From contig OY730440.1 in assembly GCA_963422655.1 (NCBI GenBank), forward strand, positions 2,930,909 to 2,994,908: DNA of 64,000 nt, in the 5' to 3' direction. Below, piece after piece: positions 1 to 10,000 of this stretch. Every line of letters begins with the position of its first letter. Within the stretch, counting starts at the first letter, position 1. The position numbers and the translations under genes were made by a program. The stretch comes from Acidimicrobiales bacterium. GTDB lineage: Bacteria > Actinomycetota > Acidimicrobiia > Acidimicrobiales > Aldehydirespiratoraceae. The notes beneath the pieces were generated by a model that saw only the letters and a list, made by a program, of their open reading frames with translations, had not been told where the DNA came from and did no database searches.

Positions 1-2
1 TG

Positions 3-707
3 CGGGCTTACGGCCGAGCGCTGCTGGCCACGGTCACCGCCCAAGGCGCGGTGGAGGCCACCATAGATGCAGAGGCCGGTACCGGAACCGGCACCCGGTC
101 GCCCTTCGCCACCGGCCAAGTCGCCTATGCCCTGGCCCGCCTGCAACAGCGGTTCCCGGGGGAGCGATACGGGGCGGCGGCGGTGCGGATCCTGAGCTAT
201 CTCGTTGCTGCCCGTGACGACACCGAGGACCAGTTCCCCATGCTGTCGGATCACTGGGCCTCCTACGGCTTGGTGGCCATGAACCGATGGAAGTCGCCTC
301 CTGTCCTCGACGGGGCCACCCGGGACTGGATCGAGCGCCAGTTCGGGCTGTTCGGGGTGCAGGTTCGCTACGAGAGCCAGCGCCGCGGAGGGCTCACGGT
401 GTTCACCCGGGGCCGGACGGCTATGGCGTCGGGGGTGGGAACGGTGGGAGAGGGGCTGGCCAACCTGGCTCGGGTAGCAGCCACCGATCCGGTACTGGAT
501 GTCGACGACGTGGCGGTGGGCCACCGCCTGGCTTGCGTGGCCGGGATGCTGGTCGAGCGCCAGACCCTCTCACCGGACCCGTTTCCTCGAGCCGACCCTG
601 TCGCGGTGACGGGGGCCTGGTTCCGTTTGGGGGTGACCCGCATGGATGACCAGCAACATCCGCTGTCGGCTCTGATACTGCTGCAGCACTACCTTCGCGA
701 ACCGTGA
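3..707 (+). CDS. hypothetical protein, 5'-partial (frame is open to the window start)
   Basis: The ORF-track ORF 51..707 uses a GTG, but the same frame has no stop back to nt 3. Codon usage is high-G+C like the flanks. No motif was recognised. Confidence 0.4.
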   Translation, partial: RAYGRALLATVTAQGAVEATIDAEAGTGTGTRSPFATGQVAYALARLQQRFPGERYGAAAVRILSYLVAARDDTEDQFPMLSDHWASYGLVAMNRWKSPPVLDGATRDWIERQFGLFGVQVRYESQRRGGLTVFTRGRTAMASGVGTVGEGLANLARVAATDPVLDVDDVAVGHRLACVAGMLVERQTLSPDPFPRADPVAVTGAWFRLGVTRMDDQQHPLSALILLQHYLREP

Positions 708-1258
708 GCTTTCTGGTAGCGGTGGTGGCCGCGGTCGTGACCGTCAACCCGCTGCGGGTCTGGCCGGGCGGACCGGGCCGGTCCCGGAGCCGGAGAGTCC
801 TCTGCGCAGCCGGTGCAGCGGTCATGGTGCTGGCCGCGGTGATGGTGGTGTCAGGGCTCTCGGCGCTGGTGCTCAACGCTTTGAAGATCAGTGTCCCCAC
901 CGCTCGGATCGGGGCCGGGGTGGCTTTGGTGATGATCGGCGGGCGGGACATGATCTTCGGCCCGGCCCGGCCGGAACCGGCGTTGGCGGGACTAAAAGCG
1001 GCGATGGTGCCCATGGCCGTGCCCCACCTGTTCGGCCCCGGCCTCGGGGTACTGGCGCTGAGCGCTGGCGCCGATCTGGGCGTGATCCGAGCCGGTGCCG
1101 CTGTCGGGTTGGCTTTGGTAGTTGCGGTTGCGGTGGTGGCACAGCCTCCGCCGGGCCGGATCGGGGCTCGGGTGGCTCGGGCTGGTCAGGTGCTCACCGG
1201 GGCGGCAGCCATCGTGGTCGGGGCCGGTCTGGGTGCCGATGGCGTCTTCGATATCTGA
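704..1258 (+). CDS. MarC/UPF0056-family integral membrane protein
   Basis: 184-aa polytopic hydrophobic ORF. Segments ISVPTARIGAGVALVMIGGRDMIF and MVPMAVPHLFGPGLG resemble MarC-family conserved blocks (ISIPGLRIAGG..IGF.MLF; VPLA.P..AGPG). There is a 4-nt start/stop overlap with the upstream ORF. Confidence 0.55.
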   Translation: MSFLVAVVAAVVTVNPLRVWPGGPGRSRSRRVLCAAGAAVMVLAAVMVVSGLSALVLNALKISVPTARIGAGVALVMIGGRDMIFGPARPEPALAGLKAAMVPMAVPHLFGPGLGVLALSAGADLGVIRAGAAVGLALVVAVAVVAQPPPGRIGARVARAGQVLTGAAAIVVGAGLGADGVFDI

Positions 1259-1262
1259 TCAG

Positions 1263-1335
1263 GTCGAGGGTTGATCGGGTCGAGGGTTGATCGGGTCGAG
1301 GGTTGACCGGGTCGAGGGTTGATCGGGGTCGAGAG
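1263..1335. repeat. 16-bp tandem repeat (gtcgagggttgatcgg), about 4.5 copies
   Basis: Read directly. 'gtcga' recurs at 1263, 1279, 1295, 1311 and 1328. Copies are near-perfect (one t>c, one extra g). The array lies in the intergenic gap between the stop at 1258 and the ADH start. Confidence 0.9.
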
Positions 1336-1379
1336 TTTTTCGGTGGGTCTGGTTCGCTGTCTTGGTTACTGTCGAAGAC

Positions 1380-2609
1380 ATGCAGGCTTTGGTGTTTGGT
1401 GTGAAGCCCGACCTCGTTGAGGCGCCGGTCGGTGCCACGAGACTGCAGCGAGCGCTGGCACAGACACCGATGGCGCTTCGGCAATGGCCCGACCCCGGTT
1501 TTCTGCGACCGGATTGGGTGCTGTGTCGGCCTCTGCTCACTGGTATTTGCGGCAGCGATGCCAAGCAGGTGTTCATGGATTGGGGCGAGATGGGTCCCGA
1601 CAATCCGATGATCGATTTCACTTCGTTCCCTCAGGTCATGGGCCATGAGGTGGTGGCCGAGGTGGTGGAGTTGGGGCCCGAGGCCACCGGGGTCGAAGCG
1701 GGCCAGCGGGTGGTGCTCAACGCATGGTTGTCGTGCGCCCCGCGAGGGGTGTCACCGATCTGCCCGGCTTGTCGGTCCGGTGACCTGTCGCTGTGCTGGA
1801 ACTTCACTGCGCCTCCTATAGCGCCGGGCGTGCACACCGGTACCTCCGCCGACGCCAGCGGCGGATTCGCCACTTTGATGCCGGCCCATGACTCGATGTT
1901 GTGCCCGGTTCCCGACGCGGTGTCCGACGAGGCGGCTGTGCTGGCTGACCCGTTCGCGGTGTCGCTGCACTCGGTGGTACGTCACCCGCCGCCGTCGGCA
2001 GGTCGGGTGCTCGTTTACGGGGCCGGGGCGCTCGGTTCGGCCGCAGTGGCCGTGCTGCGGGCGCTGTACCCCGATGTGGAGATCGGCGTGGTGGCTCGGT
2101 TCGGTGCTCAGGCCGACCTAGTTGAAGGGCTCGGCGCTCATCGTGTGTTCGACCACGAGCCGGTCGGTGCCTTGATAGAGGACGCCGCGGCATGGTCGGG
2201 TGGTGTGCTGCACGGCGATCATCAGCTCCCGATGGCCTATCCGGGTGGAATCGACGTGGTCTACGACACTGTCAGCCGCAAGGACTCTCTTGAGGTGGCG
2301 TGCCGACTTCTCAAGGCCCGCGGCACGATAGTCAAGTCCGGTGTACACGGACCGGTGCCGTGGGAATGGACCCCGCTGTACTTCAAGGAGATCTCGTGGG
2401 TGGGTTCCAACGCCTTCGGGATCGAGGAAGTAGACGGCCGCCGTCAGCACGCCATCAGCCACTACCTCGATCTGGTCAGCGACGGCCGTGTCGATATCAC
2501 TTCGATGCTGACCCATCTCCGCCCGCTGAACGAATGGCGGGATGCTTTCGGACTGCTGGCCGATCAGGCTGCATCGGGCGCAGTTAAGGTCGCCATCGAC
2601 CAGCGTTGA
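1380..2609 (+). CDS. zinc-dependent alcohol dehydrogenase / MDR-superfamily oxidoreductase
   Basis: MQALVFG N-terminus, GICGSDAKQ and GHE(V) zinc-ligand region, a Cys cluster (CAPRGVSPICPACRSGDLSLC) and a GAGALG Rossmann motif. The ATG at 1380 is preferred over the TTG at 1362. Confidence 0.8.
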   Translation: MQALVFGVKPDLVEAPVGATRLQRALAQTPMALRQWPDPGFLRPDWVLCRPLLTGICGSDAKQVFMDWGEMGPDNPMIDFTSFPQVMGHEVVAEVVELGPEATGVEAGQRVVLNAWLSCAPRGVSPICPACRSGDLSLCWNFTAPPIAPGVHTGTSADASGGFATLMPAHDSMLCPVPDAVSDEAAVLADPFAVSLHSVVRHPPPSAGRVLVYGAGALGSAAVAVLRALYPDVEIGVVARFGAQADLVEGLGAHRVFDHEPVGALIEDAAAWSGGVLHGDHQLPMAYPGGIDVVYDTVSRKDSLEVACRLLKARGTIVKSGVHGPVPWEWTPLYFKEISWVGSNAFGIEEVDGRRQHAISHYLDLVSDGRVDITSMLTHLRPLNEWRDAFGLLADQAASGAVKVAIDQR

Positions 2610-2637
2610 CGACCGGGACGACCCCAAGGAGGATGGT

Positions 2638-3222
2638 ATGGCTGTGAAGTCCGTTCCTATATCCGCCGCGGTATTGGGCTGGGCCCGCGAAGAGGCAGGT
2701 TTCACCGAGAGCGACCTAGCCGAGCGCGTCAACCGGCCAACTGCCGACATCGAAGCCTGGGAGGCCGGGACTGCCCAGCCAACCCAGGGCCAGTTCACCA
2801 AACTGGTCAAAGTGCTGAATCGTCCGTCGGCGGTGTTCTTCATGTCTGAACCGCCTACAGCCGCAGCCATGCCGACAGAGTTTCGCAGCACCTCCGCTCT
2901 TGACGGCCACAAGCTCGGGCCTGATGAGGTGAACCAGATCCGCTGGGCTCGCCGACTGCAGGGGATCACGTCATGGGTGCTGCGCGACCAAGGCCGGCGA
3001 CCTGTAACCCTCTGCGTACTATGCGGCACCAACCCCGCCTACTGCCACGCCCACCACATAATCCTCTGGACACCACCAACCCGAGACCCCACCAAGATCG
3101 ACAACCGCGCCCTCGTCTGCAACCCCGACCAACAATGGACCACCACCGCCTTGACCGGCCCCGCCGGTAGCCAGCACACGAGACGACGCAGCAGCGGCCC
3201 GTTGACAACCGGGTACGGGTGA
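2638..3222 (+). pseudogene. chimeric relic: N-terminal XRE-type HTH of an HTH-ImmA/IrrE-like protein fused in frame to a decayed HNH-endonuclease tail
   Basis: GGAGG lies upstream of the ATG at 2638. The N-terminal ~120 aa (INAAVLGWAREEAGFTESDLAERV...IEAWEAG...PTQGQFTKLVKVLNRPSAVFF) match the HTH portion of HTH-ImmA proteins, but no HExxH peptidase follows. Instead the sequence CVLCGTNPAYCHAHHIILW...IDNRALVCNPDQQ resembles the Cys/His box of actinobacterial HNH (DUF222-type) endonucleases, with the second HH pair lost. Confidence 0.5.
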
Positions 3223-3223
3223 G

Positions 3224-3541
3224 TCAGTCTCGGGCGATCATCACCACATGATCGCGCTCGATTTCGCGATGGAAGCTCTCCGGCAAGCTCGTCCACTCAT
3301 GGACTTGGACCAAGATGGGGATGTTCGACCGTTCGAGTGCTTCCACCAGATCGAAGAACCCTGCGTCGGGGATGGGTTCCAGTGTCGGGCTACGTAGCAC
3401 CAAGTCCAAGTCGCTGCCCGGATGGCTTCGTCCGTTGATGCGGCTGCCATAAGCCCACACCTCCGCTCCGGGCAGATGCTTTCGTATCAGAGCTTCGATC
3501 TGGCAATGGTCGCGAAATGGCAAGTCCAGGCGTTCAGTCAT
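3224..3541 (-). CDS. MNT-type minimal nucleotidyltransferase (antitoxin partner of HEPN)
   Basis: MTERLD... with the GS(x)nDxD nucleotidyltransferase motif (YGSRINGRSHPGSDLDLVL). About 105 aa. Its ATG at 3541-3539 overlaps the HEPN stop by 8 nt. Confidence 0.8.
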   Translation of the reverse strand: MTERLDLPFRDHCQIEALIRKHLPGAEVWAYGSRINGRSHPGSDLDLVLRSPTLEPIPDAGFFDLVEALERSNIPILVQVHEWTSLPESFHREIERDHVVMIARD

Positions 3542-3986
3542 CCGACCCCTCATTGATGACCCGAGCCAACTCCTTGGAGTCGGTGATGAAGTGTGGCAGC
3601 AATTCGAGCGTTGTCTCGGCAAACCTCTCGCCGTATCGGTGAGTCGTGTTATTGCGGTTGTCCAGGTACTCGAGCCAGCGTCTGCAACTCTCGACAGAGA
3701 TCAACCCGTGTTTTGCGGCATGGCGGAATACGTCTTTGAAGGTGAGGCGGTCCGCCTGTTGGTTGCTGGCCATATAAGGCCTGAGCCGCTTTTTCAACAG
3801 GCTTCCGCCTTGCTCCAAGACCAATTCGAACTCTTTGACACAAGCAGCCCGAAAGATGTCATAGACAATGTCGTCCGCTTCACTGTCCCGATCTTTGGCA
3901 TTCTTCGCCTGATGCTGCTGCAACTGCTTGAATGCAGCATCCAAGGTTTCGATACAGCGAGTGAGGAAGTCTGTGCTGATGTACAT
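3534..3986 (-). CDS. HEPN-domain protein, HI0074 'nucleotidyltransferase substrate-binding' family (toxin)
   Basis: 150-aa all-helical ORF. It carries the Rx4H HEPN motif RNNTTH (nt 3639-3656) and family-typical FKQL / ACVKEFELVLE / FRHAAKHGLI blocks. Confidence 0.85.
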   Translation of the reverse strand: MYISTDFLTRCIETLDAAFKQLQQHQAKNAKDRDSEADDIVYDIFRAACVKEFELVLEQGGSLLKKRLRPYMASNQQADRLTFKDVFRHAAKHGLISVESCRRWLEYLDNRNNTTHRYGERFAETTLELLPHFITDSKELARVINEGSDD

Positions 3987-4060
3987 GGTCGCTTAGCCTG
4001 GAAGAGATTGTCGGCGCCCTCGGAGTTCAGGCTCGGCACCAAACCTAGCGGCCGGGTTTA

Positions 4061-5945
4061 CTACGCAGCCCAGTCTTCCGACAGGGCCTCGGCCTGTTCC
4101 AAGACGGTGAGCGTGGCTTTTTCCTGCTTGTCGGGCGGGTAGCCCTGGCGGCTCAGCACGCGCCGCACCAGCCGGCGTAGGTTGGCCCGCACGCTTTCAC
4201 GCAGAGTCCAGTCGATGGTGACGTTGTCGCGAACGGTCTCAACCAATTCACGGGCGATGGCGCGCAGCGTCTCGTCGCCCAGGATCTTCACGGCGCTGTC
4301 GTTGGTCTCCAAGGCGTCGTAGAAGGCCAGTTCCTCTTCGGAAAGACCCAGCTTCTCGCCTCTGGCATTGTACTCTCGCATGTGTCGGGCGAGCCCGATC
4401 AGCTCCTCGATAACCTTCTCTGTCTCTATCGAACGGTTCTGGTAGCGGCGAAGGGTCTGCTCCAGCATCTCGGTGAACGAGCGGGCCTGCACCACGTTCT
4501 TGCGTCGACGGGTTGCCACTTCGCCTCTGAGCAGCTTCTGCAACAGCTCCACTGCAAGGTTCGGCTGAGGCATCCCGCGAATCTCGGCGAGGAACTTATC
4601 GGAGAGGACCGAGATGTCCGGTTTGTCCAGTCCGGCAGCAGCGAATATATCCATCACGCCTTCGGGCGCAACCGCTCGGGAGATGAGCTGGCGCACCGCG
4701 TAGTCGAGTTCCTCGTCGGAGCGCACCTCGCCCGGAGCGCGCTTGATGAGCACGGATCGCACCGCTTGGAAGAAGGCCGTGTCGTCTCTGATGCGCAGCG
4801 TTTCGGGGTGGGGCACGGCCAGCGCGAAGGCCTGTGACAACTCACGGACCGAGCGCAGGCAGCGGTTCTTGCCGTCTTGATGGGCTAGGACGGGTTCCAG
4901 TGCACTTGGCAGCAGGCCCAGTCGCTGCGGGGGGGGGGTCCAAGCCGACCGGTCGAAGCCGTGGAACAGCCCGCTGCACACCTCGTATTTCTCCAGCATT
5001 ACCACCACGGCTTCACTTTGATCGATGGCCTTTTGCCCGGTGCCGCCGCTGTCGGTGTAGGTGGTCAGGGAGCGATGGCCTGCATCAAACCGTGGCCGCG
5101 CATCGGCTTGTCGACGTACATGGTGTGCAGGCAGGGAGCGTCGAAACCGGTTAGCCACATGTCGTGCACCAGCACGACGCGCAGCGGGTCGGCGTCATCG
5201 CGAAACCGTCTGGCCAGCACCTCTCGCCGGATTTGTTGCGGATATGAGGCTGCCAGGTGACCGGGTCCGAAGCGGAGCCGGTCATACCCACTTTGACGCT
5301 TCTCCGGTCGTCGCTGTCGTGGTGCCAGTCGGGGCGCAGCCTTACGAGCTGTTGGTAGAGGTCGATACAAATACGCCGACTCATACAGACAATCATCGCT
5401 TTGTCGTCGAGAGCATTGAGTCGTTGTTCGAAATGCTCCACGATGTCTCGGGCGATTAGCTCCAGCCGCTTCTCGGTGCCGACGATGGCCTCAAGTTGCG
5501 CCCATCTGGTCTTGAGCTTCTCCTTGTGCTCGATCTCTTCGCCCTCGGTGGCCTCTTCGAACTCGGGGTCGATGGTCGGTTTCTCATCCTCGTCCAAGGC
5601 CAATCTGGCGAGACGGCTTTCGTAGTAGATGGACACCGTGGCTCCGTCGTCTACGGAGCACTGTATGTCGTAAATGCTTATGTAGTCACCGAATACGGCT
5701 CGAGTGTTGGCGTCTTTCAGCTCGATGGGCGTCCCGGTGAAGCCAACGAAAGAGGCGTTGGGCAAGGCGTCGCGCATGTGCCGGGCGAAGCCGTCGATGA
5801 AGTTCAACGACGCCCAGTGGCAACCCGTTGACGAACAGCAACACGTCGGCTCGGCGTCTATTCTTATTCTCTACGACAGCGAACTGGTCGACCGCCAGCC
5901 AGTCGTGCCAGCAGGATCGTCGAAGTCGTTTCCGGTCCGCTCATA
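4061..5945 (-). pseudogene. hsdR: type I restriction enzyme R subunit (HsdR), N-terminally truncated, internally deleted and frameshifted
   Basis: Three minus-strand frames carry consecutive HsdR pieces. The first is ...[16 protein letters not shown] (nuclease-domain end, ~5830-5900), joined directly to FIDGFARHM...FVGFTGTPI (helicase motif III, ORF 5151..5807). The second is [36 protein letters not shown] (ORF 5065..5370). The third is the DUF3387-type C-terminus (ORF 4061..5158). The Walker A / DEAH region is absent. No hsdM or hsdS is present in the window. Confidence 0.85.
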
Positions 5946-6067
5946 TCCGCCGCAGCCCTATCGGCCCCCAACGACACCCAACGCAAACCGCCCAAGATAT
6001 ATTGATCGTCATATATTGATCGGGGCAGCACCCCGAACGCCTCCAGTCAGCGGGAGAAGCAATCCAA

Positions 6068-6825
6068 GTGAGCTTGAGAGAACTGTCCAACGAAGAGATC
6101 GAAGAGATGCCGATCGACCGCCTCGCAATGCAGGCGCTCCAGCATATAGGTGGTGGCAATGAAAGTATCTATAATTTTCTGTTGAACTTGCCAGAATCGT
6201 CACAACAAGGTGAGAAGAATACTCCCAGGCCTGAGGCTGCTAAGCTAGCGATCGCCGAAGCCATGAATTGGCTGATCAATAATGGGCTGCTGAGCCGCAA
6301 TAAACCTCGTGGCGATGCAGATTCGATTTTATTACACGAGCTGGTAAGGCAGCTCTCGCTGACTGCGAATCTGGCCTCCGTTCGGTGGCTGCTACCAGGC
6401 TTCTCGGGGATCGCTTACATCCGCACCTTCGAGATGCGCGGTCCTCTTTCTTGAATGGGCAATATAAAACGGCAGTGTTCGAATCCTTCAAAACAGTCGA
6501 GGCTCGAGTACGTGAGCTCGTCCAATATCAAACCAACGATTCGACTCTAGAGGGTGATATCAACGGTGTGAAATTGATGAACCACGCTTTCGGATCTGGT
6601 AGGACACTATCCTATCCAGCTCAGGAAAAAGGTAAAATAGAAGGAGCGCGTAGTCTGTTCGTAGGAGCATTCAGCATGTATCGTAACGACGCCGCCCACG
6701 CCCGCAACGAAGAAACGTTCAAGGATCCGTCTGAGGTTGCCGAGATAATCCTGTTGGCGAACTTGCTGCACCGCCACCTCGACCGGGTCGAGAACAGCAA
6801 TAAATCACTCTCTCCAGAGAGTTGA
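6068..6825 (+). pseudogene. TIGR02391 (Hypoth_Ymh)-like protein, split by a frameshift near 6380-6400
   Basis: ORF 6068..6454 and ORF 6385..6825 overlap in different frames. The second ORF carries the family-like core LHPHLRDARSSFLNGQYKTAVFESFKTVEARVRE...YRNDAAH. Together they would give a ~250-aa protein. Confidence 0.5.
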
Positions 6826-7064
6826 ATCCTCGTTTTGCGTACAGGTCGCCATGAGATCTCGGCCAAACCGACAGAGTTCCGGTAAAAGTGTAGGGGGTTC
6901 GCCGACGGCATCGGTCAGTACACTCCGTTGTTGCTCGGTGTTGCGTATCCTTTCCGGAAAAATGTTGCGAACTGGTGTTGTGGTTGTTGTGGGGTGTGGT
7001 ATTGGTTGCTGTTTCGTGAGGCTCCATCTGGGCACTGGTAGAGGTTCGGTATTTCCTTGGGCCG

Positions 7065-10000
7065 TTACTCGCCGGTTTGGCTGGCCTCGGGTTTGGTCAT
7101 TGTCGTATAGAGAGCGTCTCTCAGCCCTAGTTTTGCGGTAAGCTCCGCGAGTTGTGTACTGAGGCCTTCCGGAAGATCAAGCAAGCAGAGTTCACCAATG
7201 AGTTCCGACATATGCCGTATCGGTGAATGTGATCCAGAGGTGAACGACTGAGAGCCAGCCAGGTAGACTAGTAGTTTCACAGTTGCCTCAGGATACCTTG
7301 ACGACAGACCTTCTCCCTTCAGTCTGTAGATGATCCTATCCTCTTCTAATGGTGGTACCGGCATCTGAATAGCGAACACAACAGCCTCAGGGAATAATTC
7401 CTTCAGATGTAGCAACCAACCGAGCATTGCTTCAACTTCATGATCGTTTAACGGTGCCGGGATTCCTTGTAATCGGTTCTCCCAGTACTGCCTGAGCCAA
7501 CGACCCCACCATTCCTGCCGTCTCGTATCATCCATATTTTCAAGATGGCTACCTATATTCAAAGCGAGTGTACGTCTATCTTCTACGGCTGATTGCTCAA
7601 AGAACTTCGGGATCCATGAATCAAGTGGATCTTCTACGAGGTGGACCACCATGATCGTATAGAATTCAACGAACCGTTTGCGGACACTTGTACTATCTTG
7701 GAACAGATCCCCTATATGCTGTACGACAGCGAGAAAGGCATCTTGCAGAGCCTCTGCTATCGGGGGACTAAGATACCCGTATAGAAAACCGCTCCAGACA
7801 GCTTGACAATCAGGATTGTTGGTATCCTTGAATAAGGGAACCAAATATCTGGTGGTCCAATTCTCATCAATTGTGAACAGGAGCTCCAGATGTATCGAAA
7901 GAATAGCTTTCCCGAGTCTTCCGATATGATTAGTATTGTCAACCACTCTCGAAAATGCCCGAGAATATTCATCACCGAGAGTATCAGGTTTGGGATTCTG
8001 GTTATTGTACCACAATCTGAAACTCCCTAGCCAGAATTCAGTGAGAACCCCGGCCGAGTGTTTCAGGGCTTGGGTAAACCAATCTTGCGATTTCAGATCA
8101 TAGTCTGTTGGTGAGGATTGCTCATTCTGCTCGAAGTGATCCCACAGAGCCGTAGCTATCGGATTAGCGTCTGCTAGTAGATCGGCTGCGTAAGGCCGAC
8201 CACCATTCTTGACGAGCCTACAGAGTACATCTGCAATATGTGGAGCCTGTTCGGAGTAGAGCTCAACTTCGGCCAACCTGCCGAGTACTTTTCGGTGGTT
8301 GCTCTCGTCCAGCTCACACGACCATGCACGCATCAAGGATGGCCAGAGGTCAGAGCCCCAATGGTTCGAGTCAGCCAGCACATCTGCCAGATCGAGTCCC
8401 CATCTGAAATTTATGGTTGCTGCTTTTTCTACCTCTTGTAAAAGTTCGTTACGGGCAGGTTCGAAGTCTCTCTTACCGTATGACATCAGCTCATCGGACC
8501 ATTGGCTGGCTGGTTGCGACAGTAGTTCCTCAGCATTCCAAGGGCTTTGTAACTCTGTAGGTCCAAATTCCGCATAGTGAGTGAAATCAGGATACTTTGG
8601 TGGCTGGAAGTCCGGATATCGTTCCGAAAGGTTGTCAAGATATCGCTTGGCTAAAGCACAATCTGAGTCAGAACGGTGAAGCCAATAAAGCCAAACAAAA
8701 TGGCGATAGGCAGTGTAGCATTCCCAATTCCCATCCCCTTGTGGCCAGATATCGGAGAGGATTTTGTTGATAACAGCCTGTCGCTTTTCCGGACTGATTT
8801 CAGGATAAATGGCATATACAGAATGGAATATCTCATGCCGGGCTGGCGAGCTGTGTAATAGAATGTTCGCCAAAAGCCAGTCGATTTTTTCTTCTGAGGT
8901 CAAATCTTTACGTAATGGCAGGGTGTGCACAGCCAGCCGTTGGAGAATCGGTGCGTTCTCGCTCACAAGGCGGTCACACCAAAATGCGGCCCTGAGCGGC
9001 TGGCTCATAGCTAGGTATTCCAGGCAGTCACGGGCAGCGTCTATCAGCACGTCAACTGCTTTATGGAACTTGTTCTGCTCGTGCGGCTCGATAGCACTCC
9101 GGCCGTAGCTTGTAGTGTCCAACCTGCTATCAGTTGCCTGCCAAGTTTGGAGAGTTTGGTGCTGTACCTTTAGGTGTCGGATGGTCTTCTCGAGCAGAGG
9201 GTCAGCCACCTTTTCGAGGTTTGGCTTCAGTCCCTCTTCCCAGAGCTTGGTTATCCAAGTACTATCCTGCTTGAATCTACCGAACTTCCATTTAGCCTTT
9301 ACAGGCAATACTATACCGTTCTCGGGTACACCGAAGCCCGGTTCGAGGAGGGGTCGGCCTGTGATCATGGCGTCGAAGATCTCGAGGAGACTGTCGGTCA
9401 GTCCTACTTTGGCACAACACTCGCCTAACTGGAACAGTACACTGATATTTGGAGGTTGAGGAGACGTAGCGAGCAGTAGCGAAACCCATCTGGCAAGAGT
9501 GTGATCATCCAGTGGATGGTCCTGCTCAGACATAACCCTATCGGCTAGAACTGTCCAGAAATCTGGGTGGATCTGCATGGTTTTCCGCCCGATCAGGAGA
9601 AAGAGCATAGTTGAATGGTCACACAAGAATGTTTGAACCAGCCACAATGCTAATTGGACAGCCTGATCATTGAGTTCTCCGAAGTTCCCGGTACCGAAGA
9701 GCTTATTCAGATGGTTATTCTGCTCGAGCCATCCGATCCATTCTTGATGTTCCGCTACGTCTGTGAAGAAACGCGTTCGTGTGAGGTCGGACAGTGCGTC
9801 GTTGATGATATCTAGTGCTTCGTCATCAAGAGATGAAGGCGGTGCCTTGACGATTTCTGTTATCTCGTGTTGCCAATCTAGAATACCGCGGCTCGCATAG
9901 TTGGCAAGAGCTTTTACGCCTTGGTAAAGAGCACTATGGTCATTGTCGGACGACTTCTGGTAGAGGATCGGCTTGATTCCGAGCAACGACCACTGCTGGG

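Noticed and set aside
2542-2637. Upstream extension of ORF 2542..3222
   Set aside because: It overlaps the 3' end of the ADH gene in another frame. A GGAGG SD precedes the ATG at 2638, which also marks the beginning of the HTH similarity.
6955-7022. GT-rich low-complexity stretch (..tggtgttgtggttgttgtggggtgtggtattggttg..) and a TTTCCGGAAA palindrome between the convergent TIGR02391-like and SIR2 genes
   Set aside because: There is no clear hairpin-plus-T-tract terminator and no repeat unit. No coding potential was seen. It is noted as compositional oddity only.
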